A stretch of 64,000 nucleotides of DNA, taken from positions 160,001-224,000 of the forward strand of contig OZ244742.1 of NCBI GenBank assembly GCA_965219415.1, in the 5' to 3' direction. The stretch is from Candidatus Marinacidobacterales bacterium (GTDB lineage: Bacteria > Acidobacteriota > Vicinamibacteria > Marinacidobacterales > DATDRI01). The notes beneath the pieces were generated by a model. It worked only from the letters and a program-made list of their open reading frames with translations. It did not search any database and was not told the origin of the DNA. The position numbers and the translations under genes were made by a program. Each line of letters begins with the position of its first letter. Position 1 is the first letter of the stretch. Shown piece by piece: positions 1-11,633 of this stretch.

Positions 1-219
1 CCGTGACTTCGGCTACCATCAGCTCCTGCACCCAATCCTGGATCTCGAGCCTCGCCCACTTCTCCAGCGACTCCCAAGCCACCCTTGACGAGCTCCGTCG
101 TCTTGTGGTCTTTTCCTTCATGGCGGTGTCTCCTTCCGTTGGCCCCTTCACGCCGTGTTTCGTGACGCGGAAGGTTACTCCGCCTTTACTTTATTTCCAC
201 ACCTTCTGAGGGTAGCTCC
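1..219 (-). mobile_element. Left end and transposase N-terminus of an IS256-family element (runs off window start)
   Basis: Minus-strand ATG at 121 gives MKEKTTRRRSSSRVAWESLEKWARLEIQDWVQELMVAEVT, an IS256-like N-terminus; end-like sequence GGAGCTACCCTCAGAAAGGTGTGGA near 219. Confidence 0.6.
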
Positions 220-1099
220 TCGGCCGCCGCCGCCCGGTTCGGTGGCCAGACGGTCGTGGAAGTCAGGGCACAAACCCCTTTGTTCCTGAGCTCAACCATG
301 TCCTATGAAGGTGCCTTCGTGTACCGTGACCGTTTCAATGAAATTTACGAGTTCCAAGAGGTATCCACAGATTTCGACGTCGGTTTCGGCCGGAGGGGCG
401 AGACCGGCCGGTTCGGCGCCATCTTCAACTTTCTTTCTGTGAAAAGCGATACCAGTGGGGAGACACTCTCGCCGGTAACAAAGATGAGATCCCTGCTCTG
501 GGCGCTTTCATTAGTTATGACAGCCGGGACCTCATCTCGAATGCCCATGAAGGCTGGCAGAACCAGTTTGTGGTAGCCAAAAGCGGGATTTTCGGGGCCG
601 ACAGTGACTTTTGGACCTACACCATCGACGTTCGGAGGTATCAACCCATTGCCCCGCGCCACACGCTCGCGGGGTTCTCCCTCGCTTCGTTGCCACCGGT
701 ACCGTGGGCGAAGACATACCGGTCTATCTGCAGTTCAACATTGGCGGCACCAACACGGTGCGCGGCTGGACCCTTGGAGCTCGGGAGGGCAAGAACCAAT
801 TCCTCAACACTCTTGATCCGGAGCGAGGAGCCATCAATTCGTATCGGTACTCAATCTTTGGTTTTTCCGGATTCCTGGGGCTGCAACTGGCAGCGTTCGG
901 GGACCTCGGGACCGCCTGGAACGATGGGGACCAGTTCATGCCCAGCTTCATTGGTGGGTACGGGTTCGGACTAAGGGCTATCATTCCCTTCGTCAACATG
1001 GTCCGTCTCGATCTCGGCTGGGGGGAGGCCGGTATGGGCGTGCAGGTCGCGATCGGCGTGATGGAGAAGGCGGACATGCAGCGTCGCCGCGTCAGGTAA
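220..1099 (+). pseudogene. BamA/TamA (Omp85 surface antigen) family beta-barrel, 5'-truncated and frameshifted
   Basis: FNIGGTNTVRGW (VRG motif), AAFGDLGTAW and GYGFGLR..IP..VRLDLGW spread over ORFs 256-576, 570- and 611-1099; abuts the IS end. Confidence 0.75.
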
Positions 1100-1128
1100 C
1101 CATAGGACAGCTTTCTCGGAAGATTCAC

Positions 1129-1555
1129 ATGAAGAAAATAATCCATTGCTTCAATGCCACGGTGCCGCGCCCAAAGGTCTTTGCGGCGTTGACGACAGAA
1201 GAAGGTCTCTCTAGCTGGTGGAGCACCAAGGTGAAAACAGACGGGAGCTTGGGCAGCATCGTCGAATTCACGTTCCTCGCCGACTTCAACCCGCACATGA
1301 AGATCGTGACCTTGGACGGGCCCGGGCTCTTGGAATGGAAGTGCGTCGGGGGTCATGAACCGTGGGCCGACAGCAGGTTCCGCTTCGCCCTCAAAGAGAC
1401 GGACGGCGGCACGGAGATCATGTTCACCCAGGAAGGACTACGCCCGGGAGCTCAGCGACGAGGTCTACGGAGTCTACAACTACAACTGGGGGTACTATCT
1501 CGAGAGTCTGAGACTCTACTGCAAGGAAGGCGCGGGCAAGCCGTTCGAAGCGTGA
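1129..1555 (+). pseudogene. SRPBCC/AHSA1 domain protein, one frameshift near 1433
   Basis: VFAALTTEEGLSSWW...LEWKCVGGHEPW then, in another frame, YNWGYYLESLRLYCKEGAGKPF. Confidence 0.8.
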
Positions 1556-1591
1556 CAGCGTTCCGGACAAAACCACGCCCGTCCTCTTTTT

Positions 1592-4549
1592 TCATTGCGT
1601 GATTTGCGCTCGTGCTTCTTCGAGCTCGGGGAGGCCCTCGTCGGCATCCTTCCAAAGTTCGAGAAACCGTCCGTACTCTCTTCCTGCGCCTTTCGTGTCA
1701 CCCGCCGCATCGAGAACCCGCGCAAGCTCCAATACGTACCGCGGCTCCAGCCACATCGTCCACCGGACTTCGAGGCCCGGTTCCAGGAGGCGCCGATAGA
1801 TCCCGATGGCTTCTGCCGACTTGCCCTGGGCCCTTCTGACCCGCGCCAACCCATCGGTGGAAAGGCAACACGTTCCGGAGCCCGCTGCGGATGGGTGCCG
1901 CCAGGCCGAATATCATTTTGAGCTCTGGCTCGCCCGCCAGGAAGGCCTTCTCCGCACCTGCGAGGTCGCCGCTCGCTAAGGCGATCTCGCCTTCGATGGA
2001 CCGATGCCACCAGACATGGGCGGGATCGCTCCCGTCGTAGGCCTGGCTCTGAACGTCGAGTTGCGCGCGCGCCGCCTGTAGATCACCCGACCGAGCGTAT
2101 GCCGTGCCTGCGAACAGGACCGATACCATGCGAAGGTTGCCCTTCCATCTTGAATCGGTCACCCGGGGCAGCAGCGTCTCCACGCGTCCGGTCGACCGCA
2201 GCACGGTCTGATATTCCTTGCGTTCCAAAGCAATGAGGGCGGACAAGACTTCAATCGCCGCGTCGCCGTGCAAATTCTCTAGCTGCTCCGCCGACCTCCT
2301 TCCTTCCATCAGTTCTTCGATCCGACCGAGTCTGGAGAGTGCCAACGCACTCAGGAAGTGAAGGACCACCGGGGGACCGCCGCTATGCTCGGCCATCTCA
2401 CCGAAAAAGTCGTCGTAGTCCCCCATCATGGCGTACGCCCAACTCCGTCCCAGATGCGACACATAGAAGGACGGATCTAATTTCAGGGCCTGGGCGTAAG
2501 TCCTAAGAGCCCGCTCGGGCTGGCCATTCACCAGTAACGTCTCGCCAAGGCTATCGTGTGCGTTGGGCTCGTTAGGCTCCTCACGGGCGTAAGCTTCAAA
2601 CGCAGCGACCGCCTCCGGGTACCGCCCCAGATAAAGAAGCGCATAGCCGAGCTTGTTGTAGAGGGGGCCGGAGTCCGGTGATACCTCCAATCCCCGCCGC
2701 GCCGCCGTGACGGCCTCCTCCAAGCGGTTGGTTGCGATGTAAGCCCCGCTCAGACGGTCGTACCCGTGCGCATCGTCCGGGTAGCGACTGACGAGCTTCT
2801 CGTAGAGCTCGACGCCTTGACCCGGTTTCTGTCGCGCACGAAAGCGTAGTGGGCTTCGATCGCGAGCCGCTGGCGCTCGGGTAGTCGCTCACGGTTCTCG
2901 TACGCCTTTTCGAGACGAGAGCTCCCAACACCAAACTCCCCACGAGTGTCGGCAAGAACCGAAAGCTCTAGGTGTGCCATAGCGAAAGATGGATCGATCT
3001 TCACCGCTCGCTCCAGAAGTTCTCGCGCATCTCCCAGGCCGAAATTCGACGATGCCTCGAGCCCATCGCTGTAGAGTCGGAAGGCGTCGAACGAAGCGGT
3101 CGTAATCTCGGCGAGCGGACGTCCCGCCGTGTGATCGCCGAGGCTCAAGCTGGTTCGGATACGCCGAGTGATTTCGTCCACCATCGGAAAGATGTCTTCT
3201 TCCCTGACGCTTTCGGCGGCCAGCACCCGTCCGCTGCCCACATCGTGCACCTGCACATCGAGACGGATCTCGCGCCCGGACTTGAAAATACCCCCGGTCA
3301 CCACCGCTCCGGCTCCTGCTTGACGCGCCACCTCTGCAACCGAGGACTGGTCGAACGTTTCGGGACCTTCCTCGCCGATCTCTTTAAGGATCTGCTGGAT
3401 GCGTTGACCGCTCACCACGTCGAGACCGGGCGTTTGCGCGAGATCGGTAATGAGCATGGTCGAAAGTCCCTTAGAAAGCCATTCGATTTCTTCATCGGTG
3501 CCTGTACTTTCGAAGTGCATAACCGCGACCGCGGGTCGGCCTGATGCGCCGATCCCCGGAGACTCCGACCGCCTGTCGTGCAAGAAGCCCAGCGCAACGA
3601 CTGCCGCCACCGCTATGCCTGCACCAGCCCATAGCCAAGGCCTTAGAGCTCGTCGGGCAACTGCCGGTCGTCCGCCGCCGATTATCAACTCCCTGAGCTC
3701 CTTTAGATCGATAGCCAAATCCTTCATGTTTTGGTAACGATCCCCGAAATCCTTGGCTAGACACTTGCGCGTTATCCTCTGGAGCTCGACCGGAGTCTCT
3801 CCGCCACGAAGCTCCACCGGTGGCAGCTCGTCATTGATGACGGCATTGAGTGTCTCCACCACAGTTCCTCGCCGAAAGGGCGACTTGCCGGTGATCATTT
3901 GGTGAAGCACCACCCCGAAGGAGAAGATGTCGCTCCGGGCATCGACGGTCTGTCCGCGCGCCTGTTCCGGAGACATGTAAGCCACGGTGCCCATCACGAC
4001 ACCCTCGCGGGTCCTGATCCGCGTCTTCGTAATGTCGTCCGGTCCTAACACGCCCCCAGGGGTCGCTCGCTCGACGAGCTTGGCGAGTCCGAAGTCGATG
4101 ATCTTTGCGTAGCCTTGCTCCGACACGAGAACGTTGTCGGGTTTGAGATCGCGGTGAACGATCCCGCGCTCATGCGCCGCGGAGAGGCCTTCCGCCACCT
4201 GAACCGCCAGGTCGAGCGTTTCGCGGAGGTCGAAGTCTCTTCCGCGGATAGTGGTACGCAGACTCTCCCCACGCACGTACTCCATGGCGATGAACGTCCG
4301 GCCATCTGCTTCTCCGATCTCATGAATGACGGCGATGTGGGGATGCCCGATCCCGGCCGTCGCTCTCGCCTCTTGGACGAACCGTCGCCTACGGGTCTCT
4401 TCCCGAGCGAGGTCGGCTAGGTCCTCGGCAAGAAACTTGAGCGCGACTTCGCGTTTGAGCTTGGTATCTTGGGCGAGATAAACCTCTCCCATCCCGCCTT
4501 CACCGATCATTCTTAGAATCTTGTAATGGGAAACCGTCGTTCCGATCAT
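1592..4549 (-). pseudogene. Ser/Thr protein kinase with TolB-like and TPR domains, frameshifted
   Basis: IGEGGMGEVY, VALK, HRDLKPDN, DFGLAK, GTVAYMSPEQ, DIFSFG; TPR-rich continuation in ORFs 1698-2723 and 1592-1849. Confidence 0.9.
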
Positions 4550-4742
4550 ATCTTCGTACGGGCACCCGTGCGGGACGCCAGAACAGGAACGTGCTACTCA
4601 CCCGACGTGGCCAGGCGTCCGTTGCTGCTATCGGGTAAGTCAGACGCCGATCGTACCCTTGGCCTTTCCAGGAGACAACCGGGGAGCCGTCCTTGCGTCG
4701 TCTCTTGAGTTCCACGCTCACGTATTGCAGAATCTGTTATAC

Positions 4743-6656
4743 ATGACGCGCTCGCAGGACGGTGCCTTTCGAACCGCCTACCTCCGTTCTCTCGAGGACC
4801 CGGAAGCTTTTTGGGGCGAAGCCGCCGAGGCGGTCCACTGGCACAAGAAGTGGGACAAGGTCCTCGACGACAGTAACAAGCCTTTCTATCGCTGGTTCCG
4901 TGGTGGTCAGCTGAACACCTGCTACAACGCTCTCGATCTGCACGTCGAGAACGGCCGTGCGGATCAAGCGGCTCTCATCTACGACAGCCCGGTCACCGAC
5001 ACAATTCGAACCTTCACCTACCGCGAGCTGCGCGATGACGTGGCGCGCTTTGCTGGCTGCCTCGCAACCCAGGGAGTCCGCAAAGGCGACCGCGTCATCA
5101 TCTACATGCCGATGGTTCCGCAAACCGTCGTGGCCATGCTCGCATGCGCCCGGCTGGGGGCGGTGCACTCCGTGGTGTTCGGCGGATTCGCATCCAACGA
5201 ATTGGCAATTCGTATCGACGACGCGACGCCCACAGTGATCGTTTCGGCGTCCTGTGGGATTGAGGCCACGCGTGTCGTCCGGTACAAGCCCCTTCTCGAT
5301 GACGCCATAGCGCTTGCTAGGCACAAACCCGACAAGTGCATCATTCTCCAACGTCCAATGGAAAAGGCAGAGCTCGTCCCCGGTCGGGATCTCGACTGGA
5401 ATGAAGCCACGGACTCCGCCGAGCCCCATGATTGTGTGCCCGTGGCATCGACCGATCCTCTCTACATCTTGTACACGTCAGGAACTACCGGCGAGCCGAA
5501 GGGGGTCGTTCGTGACAACGGTGGTCACCTCGTCGCCCTGAAATGGTCCATGAAGCATATCTACGACGTGAATCCCGGGGACGTCTACTGGGCGGCATCC
5601 GATCTGGGTTGGGTCGTCGGCCACTCCTACATCGTCTATGGCCCGTTATTCAACGGCAACACCACCGTGCTCTATGAGGGAAAACCGGTAGGAACGCCCG
5701 ACGCCGGTGCTTTTTGGCGAGTCATCTCCCAGCACGGTGTCGGAACACTCTTCACCGCGCCCACCGCATTCCGTGCCATCAAGAAGGAAGACCCCGACGG
5801 CGACCTCATCAAGAAATACGATCTCTCAGCGTTCAAATCGCTGTTTCTAGCCGGGGAGCGATGCGATCCCGACACGCTCCAATGGGCGGAACAAAACCTC
5901 CGCGTGCCGGTCATCGACCACTGGTGGCAAACCGAGACTGGCTGGGCGATTTGCTCGAACTGCCTCGGAATCGAGGCACTTCCCGTGAAGCACGGCTCAC
6001 CTACCAAGCCCGCGCCGGGTTGGGACGTGCGGGTCTTGGACGAAAACTGCCACGAGGTCGAATCGGGAACCATCGGCGCCTTGGTGATCAAATTGCCGCT
6101 ACCACCCGGCACCTTTCCAACTCTTTGGAACGCGGACGAACGATTCGTCGAGGCCTACCTCACCGAATTTCCGGGGTTCTACAAAACCGCCGATGCCGGG
6201 TTCATCGACGACGACGGCTACGTCTATGTGATGTCACGAACCGACGACATCATCAATGTCGCCGGCCACCGCCTCTCTACCGGAGGGATAGAAGAGGTTC
6301 TCTCCGCCCATCCGGATGTGGCCGAATGTGCGGTGATGGGTGTCGCCGACGATCTCAAGGGAGAGATATCGCTCGGATTACTCGTCCTCAAGTCGGGTGT
6401 CGAGCGCGACGATGCCGAAATCGTCAAAGAAGCCATCCAGATGATCCGAGACCGGATCGGGCCGGTCGCGGCCTTCAAGGTAGCGACCGTCGTCGAGCGG
6501 CTGCCCAAGACACGCTCCGGTAAAGTCTTGCGGGGCACCATGAAAAAGATCGCCGACGGCGAAGATTACAAGATGCCGGCCACCATCGACGACCCCGCCA
6601 TCCTGACTGAGATCGCGGCACGACTCCAAGAGATCGGGTACCCCCAGGGTCAATGA
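4743..6656 (+). CDS. prpE: Propionyl-CoA synthetase (acetate/propionate-CoA ligase family)
   Basis: YILYTSGTTGEPKG AMP-binding loop, DHWWQTETG, LPKTRSGK; intact ORF, ATG at 4743. Confidence 0.85.
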   Translation: MTRSQDGAFRTAYLRSLEDPEAFWGEAAEAVHWHKKWDKVLDDSNKPFYRWFRGGQLNTCYNALDLHVENGRADQAALIYDSPVTDTIRTFTYRELRDDVARFAGCLATQGVRKGDRVIIYMPMVPQTVVAMLACARLGAVHSVVFGGFASNELAIRIDDATPTVIVSASCGIEATRVVRYKPLLDDAIALARHKPDKCIILQRPMEKAELVPGRDLDWNEATDSAEPHDCVPVASTDPLYILYTSGTTGEPKGVVRDNGGHLVALKWSMKHIYDVNPGDVYWAASDLGWVVGHSYIVYGPLFNGNTTVLYEGKPVGTPDAGAFWRVISQHGVGTLFTAPTAFRAIKKEDPDGDLIKKYDLSAFKSLFLAGERCDPDTLQWAEQNLRVPVIDHWWQTETGWAICSNCLGIEALPVKHGSPTKPAPGWDVRVLDENCHEVESGTIGALVIKLPLPPGTFPTLWNADERFVEAYLTEFPGFYKTADAGFIDDDGYVYVMSRTDDIINVAGHRLSTGGIEEVLSAHPDVAECAVMGVADDLKGEISLGLLVLKSGVERDDAEIVKEAIQMIRDRIGPVAAFKVATVVERLPKTRSGKVLRGTMKKIADGEDYKMPATIDDPAILTEIAARLQEIGYPQGQ

Positions 6657-7750
6657 GGCTTTATCGGGCAGACGTCGTCGGGAGTATGCTGCGCCCCGAC
6701 TATCTCTTGACCGCCAAGAAGGAACACCGCGCCGGGACGATCTCGCACCGGGAGCTCAAGCGGGTCGAAGACCGCGCCGTCGACGAGTGCATTGCGATGC
6801 AGAAACGCTGCGGCGTGGACGTCCTGACCGACGGAGAGATGCGGCGCAATCTCTTTTCGAGCCAACTGGTTCAGGCCACCGAAGGGTTCGAACGCGTTTC
6901 CGGCAAGTCGGTCGACTGGTTCTCCCTGGAGGGAGAGATCGTGTCCGGCCCGGTATCCATCGGCGTGGTCGGCAAGCTCAAAAGGAAGCGTCACCTTTCG
7001 TCCGAGGAGCTCGTCTACCTCCGCGCCAAGACCAAACATCCAGTCAAGATGACCATCCCCAGCCCTGCGATGTTCACCTTCAACTGGGTGCCCGGAGTAT
7101 CCGATGCCGCTTATCCGACCAACGCGGCCTATTTGGAAGAGGTGACGGATATTCTCAAGGGCGAAGTCATCGAGCTCGTCCGCCTAGGGGCCCGGTACAT
7201 CCAAATCGACGCTCCCGAGTTCGGCATGATCCTCGACCTCCACCAACAGGACTGGTTCCGAGCCAACGGGTTCGAGCCCGAACGCATGGTTCGTGACGGG
7301 ATCGATGTGATCAACACCATCATCGAAGGCCATCCCGACGACGTTACTTTCGCCCTCCACATTTGTCGCGGAAACAACGCCAGCCGATACATGGCGAAAG
7401 GCAGCTATGCCGCAGTGGCGAAGGAGATCTTTGGCCGTACCAAAGTAGATCGCCTGTTGCTCGAGTATGATGACGAGCGTTCCGGCGATTTCGAGCCGCT
7501 CAAAGAAGTACCCGAAGATAAGCTCGTTGTGTTGGGCCTCATCACTACCAAGTGGCCCCGGGATGAAACCAAGGAAGACCTCGAGACTCGGATCCAGCAG
7601 GCGGCACGATACATCCCCCTGGAACGCCTGGCATTGAGCACTCAATGCGGCTTCGCTTCGGTCGCACAGGGAAACGCCATCACTCCTGAGGTTCAAGAAA
7701 AGAAATTGAGGCTCGTCGCCAGAGTCGCCAGAGACGTCTGGCCCGATTGA
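6653..7750 (+). CDS. Cobalamin-independent methionine synthase II family protein (single-barrel MetE-like)
   Basis: VVGSMLRP, LTDGEMRR, HICRGN, LEYD, QCGFAS Zn ligands; start overlaps prpE stop (ATGA). Confidence 0.9.
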   Translation: MRLYRADVVGSMLRPDYLLTAKKEHRAGTISHRELKRVEDRAVDECIAMQKRCGVDVLTDGEMRRNLFSSQLVQATEGFERVSGKSVDWFSLEGEIVSGPVSIGVVGKLKRKRHLSSEELVYLRAKTKHPVKMTIPSPAMFTFNWVPGVSDAAYPTNAAYLEEVTDILKGEVIELVRLGARYIQIDAPEFGMILDLHQQDWFRANGFEPERMVRDGIDVINTIIEGHPDDVTFALHICRGNNASRYMAKGSYAAVAKEIFGRTKVDRLLLEYDDERSGDFEPLKEVPEDKLVVLGLITTKWPRDETKEDLETRIQQAARYIPLERLALSTQCGFASVAQGNAITPEVQEKKLRLVARVARDVWPD

Positions 7751-7759
7751 GAGACTACC

Positions 7760-9175
7760 TTGGTTAGGCTCGCAGCCCGTTCCCTCGTTGCTCTCACTCT
7801 GGGGCTATACATCTGCAATTGTGGAACGGAGCCGTCTCAGCAAAAGAGACCGAACATCTTGGTCATCCTTGCCGACGACCTCGGTTACACCGACCTAGGA
7901 CATCTTTGGGAGCGAGATCCGTACTCCGAACTTGGACCGCTTGGCTCGAGAGGGGCTGCTGCTGACGAACTTTCTCGTCTCTCCAACCTGCTCCCCAACA
8001 CGGGCGATGTTGCTGACCGGCGTCGATAGTCATGTTGCAGGCTTGGGAACGATGTTTGGCATCGCCGATGACAATCAGGTCGGCCAGCCCGGATACGAGG
8101 GCGTCCTCAGTGACCGCGTCGTCACGTTCCCGACCCTGCTTCGGGAAAGCGGCTACCGCACTTACATGGTCGGCAAGTGGCACCTAGGGATGGAGGAGCA
8201 CGAGGGCCCACACCGGCGTGGCTTCGAACGTTCGTTCGCTTTGCTTCCGGGCGGTGCGTCGCACTTCAGTGACGCCGAAAGGAACACCGAGATGGACGCC
8301 CCGGCTCCCTATCGCGAAGACGGCCGGGAGGTCGGTTTGCCGGACGATTTCTACTCGAGCAATTTCTACACCGACAAGCTCATCGAGTACTTACGGGACG
8401 GCTTGGGCGAGGACGACCAGCCTTTCTTCGCCTACGCCGCCTACACCTCTCCCCATTGGCCACTTCAGGTTCCCGACGACTATCTCGACCGCTACCGGGG
8501 CGTCTACGACGAAGGCTACGACGTCCTTCGTGCACGACGTTTCGGGAACGCGCAGCAACAAGGTCTCCTTCCTCCCACCGCAGCGCTGCCGGCTCGGATT
8601 CCGTTCGAACGACCCTGGGGCAAACTGTCTGAAGAAGAACGCAAGACTTCGACGCGTACCATGGAGATTTACGCCGCCATGGTGCAGAACCTCGATCACA
8701 ATATCGGTCGCTTAATCGACTTTCTCCATCAGTCTGGCGAGCTCGAAAACACGTTCATCTTCTTTGCATCCGACAACGGCCCAGAGGGCAATCCGCTCGC
8801 CCAGTACGTGAACCCAGATGGATGGCTCGAGAGACGCTTCGACAACAGCTACGAGAACATTGGACGGGTCAACTCCTATGTCTATTACAGTCCTGGATGG
8901 GCGCCGGCGGTCGTGGCGCCGTTCCGGTTGTTCAAAGCATTCCCTAGCGAAGGGGCGTTCGCGTCCCGGCTATCGTGAGGTTTCGTGGCCTCAATCGTGA
9001 CGGTGAACGTAGTGACAGCGTCGCAACGGTCAAAGATGTCGCCTCAACGGTCCTGGATCTCGCGGGAGTCGACCATCCCGGAACGGCTTTCCAGGGAAGA
9101 AACGTAGCCCCTATCGAGGGGACATCGATGCTCCCCTTCCTGACCGGGCGCTCCGTCTCCATTCACGACGACGAT
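7760..9175 (+). pseudogene. Arylsulfatase (lipoprotein), frameshifted and 3'-truncated at IS110
   Basis: RPNILVILADDLGY, CSPTRAMLLTG (formylglycine motif), GKWHLG, SDNG; three frames. Confidence 0.9.
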
Positions 9176-10690
9176 CCGGCTCCCTATCATTGGCGAGGCT
9201 TTGAACGGAAGCACTCCCCAGGGTCAGAATCCTAACAATCGCCATCTCGGGCCGGAGCCTTCACTCACAAAAATACATGTGAGGTCAGTGATGCACAAGC
9301 GCGTGAAAAAGAGTGGTAGGAAGTCGAAGAATCTGTCGCCGCAATCGCTGCCGGTGACAAGGTCGAAGGTAGCAGGCATCGATATTGGCAGTCGTGAGCA
9401 TTGGGTATGTGGGCCGGCCTTGTCGGACGGTAAAGTGAACGTGCGGGTGTTTTCCCCAACGACACCGTCTTTGAATCAAATGGGGGATTGGCTCATCGAG
9501 CAAGGAGTCGAATCGGTTGCGATGGAAAGCACCTACGTCTATTGGATTCCGATTTATGAGTTGCTTGAATCGCGGGGTCTTGAAGTGGTGCTGGTAAATG
9601 CTCGACAGTTAAAAAACGTCCCCGGGCGTAAAACCGATATGCATGACTGTCAGTGGCTGCAGCTGTTACACAGCTGTGGTCTGTTGCGAGGCTCGTTTCG
9701 TCCTGGTGAGTCGATCTGCCGCCTACGCTCGCTTCACCGACAGCGTTGCAGCCTCATCGAGCAGTGTAGTCGAGCTATTCAATGGATACAGAAATCTCTG
9801 GACCAAATGAACGTTCAGGTCCATCGTGCAGTGACCGACATTACCGGCGTCACAGGCATGCTCATCGTGCGCGCCATCGTTGATGGTGAGCGTGACCCGT
9901 CAAAGCTGGCTGCATTTCGTGACCAACGCTGCAAGAAGAGCGAAGAGGAGATCGCCGAGCATCTTACCGGCACTTGGCGTGACGAGCATCTTTTCAACCT
10001 CGCATCGGCTCTGCGTCTCTACGATGCGCTACAAGCCGAAGTCGAACTGTTCGACCAGCGTATCCTTGAAGTGCTCATCGAACTCCAGCCGCCACAACGC
10101 AGACACCACAACGTGCCAGCTCATCCAAATCCGCAAAAACGATACGACATGCAGCATCGGGGCGAGAGCGAACTGCGCAACGAGCTGTGGCGTTTTGCTG
10201 GATGCGACCTCACCAGGATCGACGGAATCAGTCCAACCACCGCCGCCATTGTCCTCACCGAGATCGGATTCGACCTCTCTGATTTCCCCTTCGAAAAATT
10301 CTTCGTCTCATGGCTACATCTCGCCCCACGTCGCCCTATCTCCGGCGGTAAACAACTCTCCAAACGCCGCAACGGCACCGGCTCCAATCGCATCGCCGGT
10401 GCCTTACGTATGGCCGCTGTATCTCTCTCCCGCTCCAAGACCGCCCTAGGCGCTTACTATCGCCGCACTGCTCGCCGTAAAGATGGCAAAACCGCCGTCT
10501 TTGCTACAGCACGCAAGCTCGCCCAGCTCGTCTTCCGCATGCTCAAATATGGCCACGATTACATCGATATCGGCGAACGCGCCTTCGAAGACCGTTTTCG
10601 CCAAAACCACATCAACGGTTTACAAAAGGCAGCCGAAGCTCTCGGATACACCCTCACTCCCCAGGCTTCCGGAGGGTAGTTTCGGGTCAG
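9176..10690 (+). mobile_element. IS110-family element 1 (left non-coding end probably truncated)
   Basis: Transposase ORF followed by the end sequence GTTTCGGGTCAG; GGGTCAG recurs in the 5' non-coding part at 9221-9227. Confidence 0.8.
9291..10679 (+). CDS. IS110 family transposase (DEDD RuvC recombinase)
   Basis: AGIDIG, VAMESTYVYW, RKTDMHDC, SWL.LAP..ISGG, ATARKLA. Confidence 0.95.
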   Translation: MHKRVKKSGRKSKNLSPQSLPVTRSKVAGIDIGSREHWVCGPALSDGKVNVRVFSPTTPSLNQMGDWLIEQGVESVAMESTYVYWIPIYELLESRGLEVVLVNARQLKNVPGRKTDMHDCQWLQLLHSCGLLRGSFRPGESICRLRSLHRQRCSLIEQCSRAIQWIQKSLDQMNVQVHRAVTDITGVTGMLIVRAIVDGERDPSKLAAFRDQRCKKSEEEIAEHLTGTWRDEHLFNLASALRLYDALQAEVELFDQRILEVLIELQPPQRRHHNVPAHPNPQKRYDMQHRGESELRNELWRFAGCDLTRIDGISPTTAAIVLTEIGFDLSDFPFEKFFVSWLHLAPRRPISGGKQLSKRRNGTGSNRIAGALRMAAVSLSRSKTALGAYYRRTARRKDGKTAVFATARKLAQLVFRMLKYGHDYIDIGERAFEDRFRQNHINGLQKAAEALGYTLTPQASGG

Positions 10691-10720
10691 GTGAGCTTGC
10701 TCCGGTTTGGTGGACAAGTT

Positions 10721-11600
10721 GACTATGCAAACCGGTTTGCTTCCAAGAGTCTAAGTTCGAACTCGATGGGACTGACGTTCCGGAGCGTTGAGTGCCGTCG
10801 CCTCGGGTTGTAAGAAATTGGTGATGTAGTCGACGGTAGCCCATCGCGCCTGCGCTCGAGTCGGCAGAACGAGTCGGTAGAGAGATTCGGTTTTCAGCGT
10901 GCCGAAGAAACTCTCGACGACGGCATTGTCCCAGCAGTCGCCCTTTCGACTCATGCTGCACTCGATTCCGTGGCGTCGCAAGAACGCGCGGTAGTCTCTG
11001 CTCGCGTACTGCACGCCACGGTCCGAATGATGAACCATCCCACGCGGTGGTCGTCGGTGACGCACCGCCATCTGAAGCGCCGAGACAGCGAGCTCTGCGG
11101 CGAAGATGATTCGCCACCGCCCAACCGATCACGCGCCTCGAAAATAGGTCCATGACCACGGCCAAATACAACCAGCCTTCCCACGTTCGGATGTAGGTGA
11201 TGTCCGCAGCCCAGACTTCGTTGGGGGTCTTCGGCAAGAACTGGCGCTGCACGAGGTCTCGAGCTACGGGGCGCGAGTGCGACGAATCCGTCGTCTTCCG
11301 AGAACGTCTCGGCAGGCGCGCGCACAGGCCTTTCTCTCTCATGATGCGAGCAACGCGCCGACGCCCAACAGACTCACCATCCGCACGGAGCTCGTCCACA
11401 ACACGAGGACTTCCGTAAACTCCGCGGTTGGCTCGGAAGGACGCAACGATTTTTACGGACAGGCGCAGGTCATCTCGTTCACGGCGGCTGGGCTTCCGCC
11501 TCAGCCACGCATAGTAGCCGCTCCGAGAAACCTGGAGCAGCCGGCACATCCACGAAACGTGGAACTCCTCGCTTTGGATCCGAATCGCTGCGAACTTCAT
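10721..11600 (-). pseudogene. IS3 transposase OrfB (DDE integrase core), frameshifted
   Basis: [54 protein letters not shown]. Confidence 0.9.
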
Positions 11601-11633
11601 TTCTTCATGCTCGCGAAGTACGCCGCCGTTTTC

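Noticed and set aside
1420-1445. Programmed frameshifting in SRPBCC and other split genes
   Set aside because: No shared slippery motif or stimulatory structure at the shift sites; decay or error is more parsimonious
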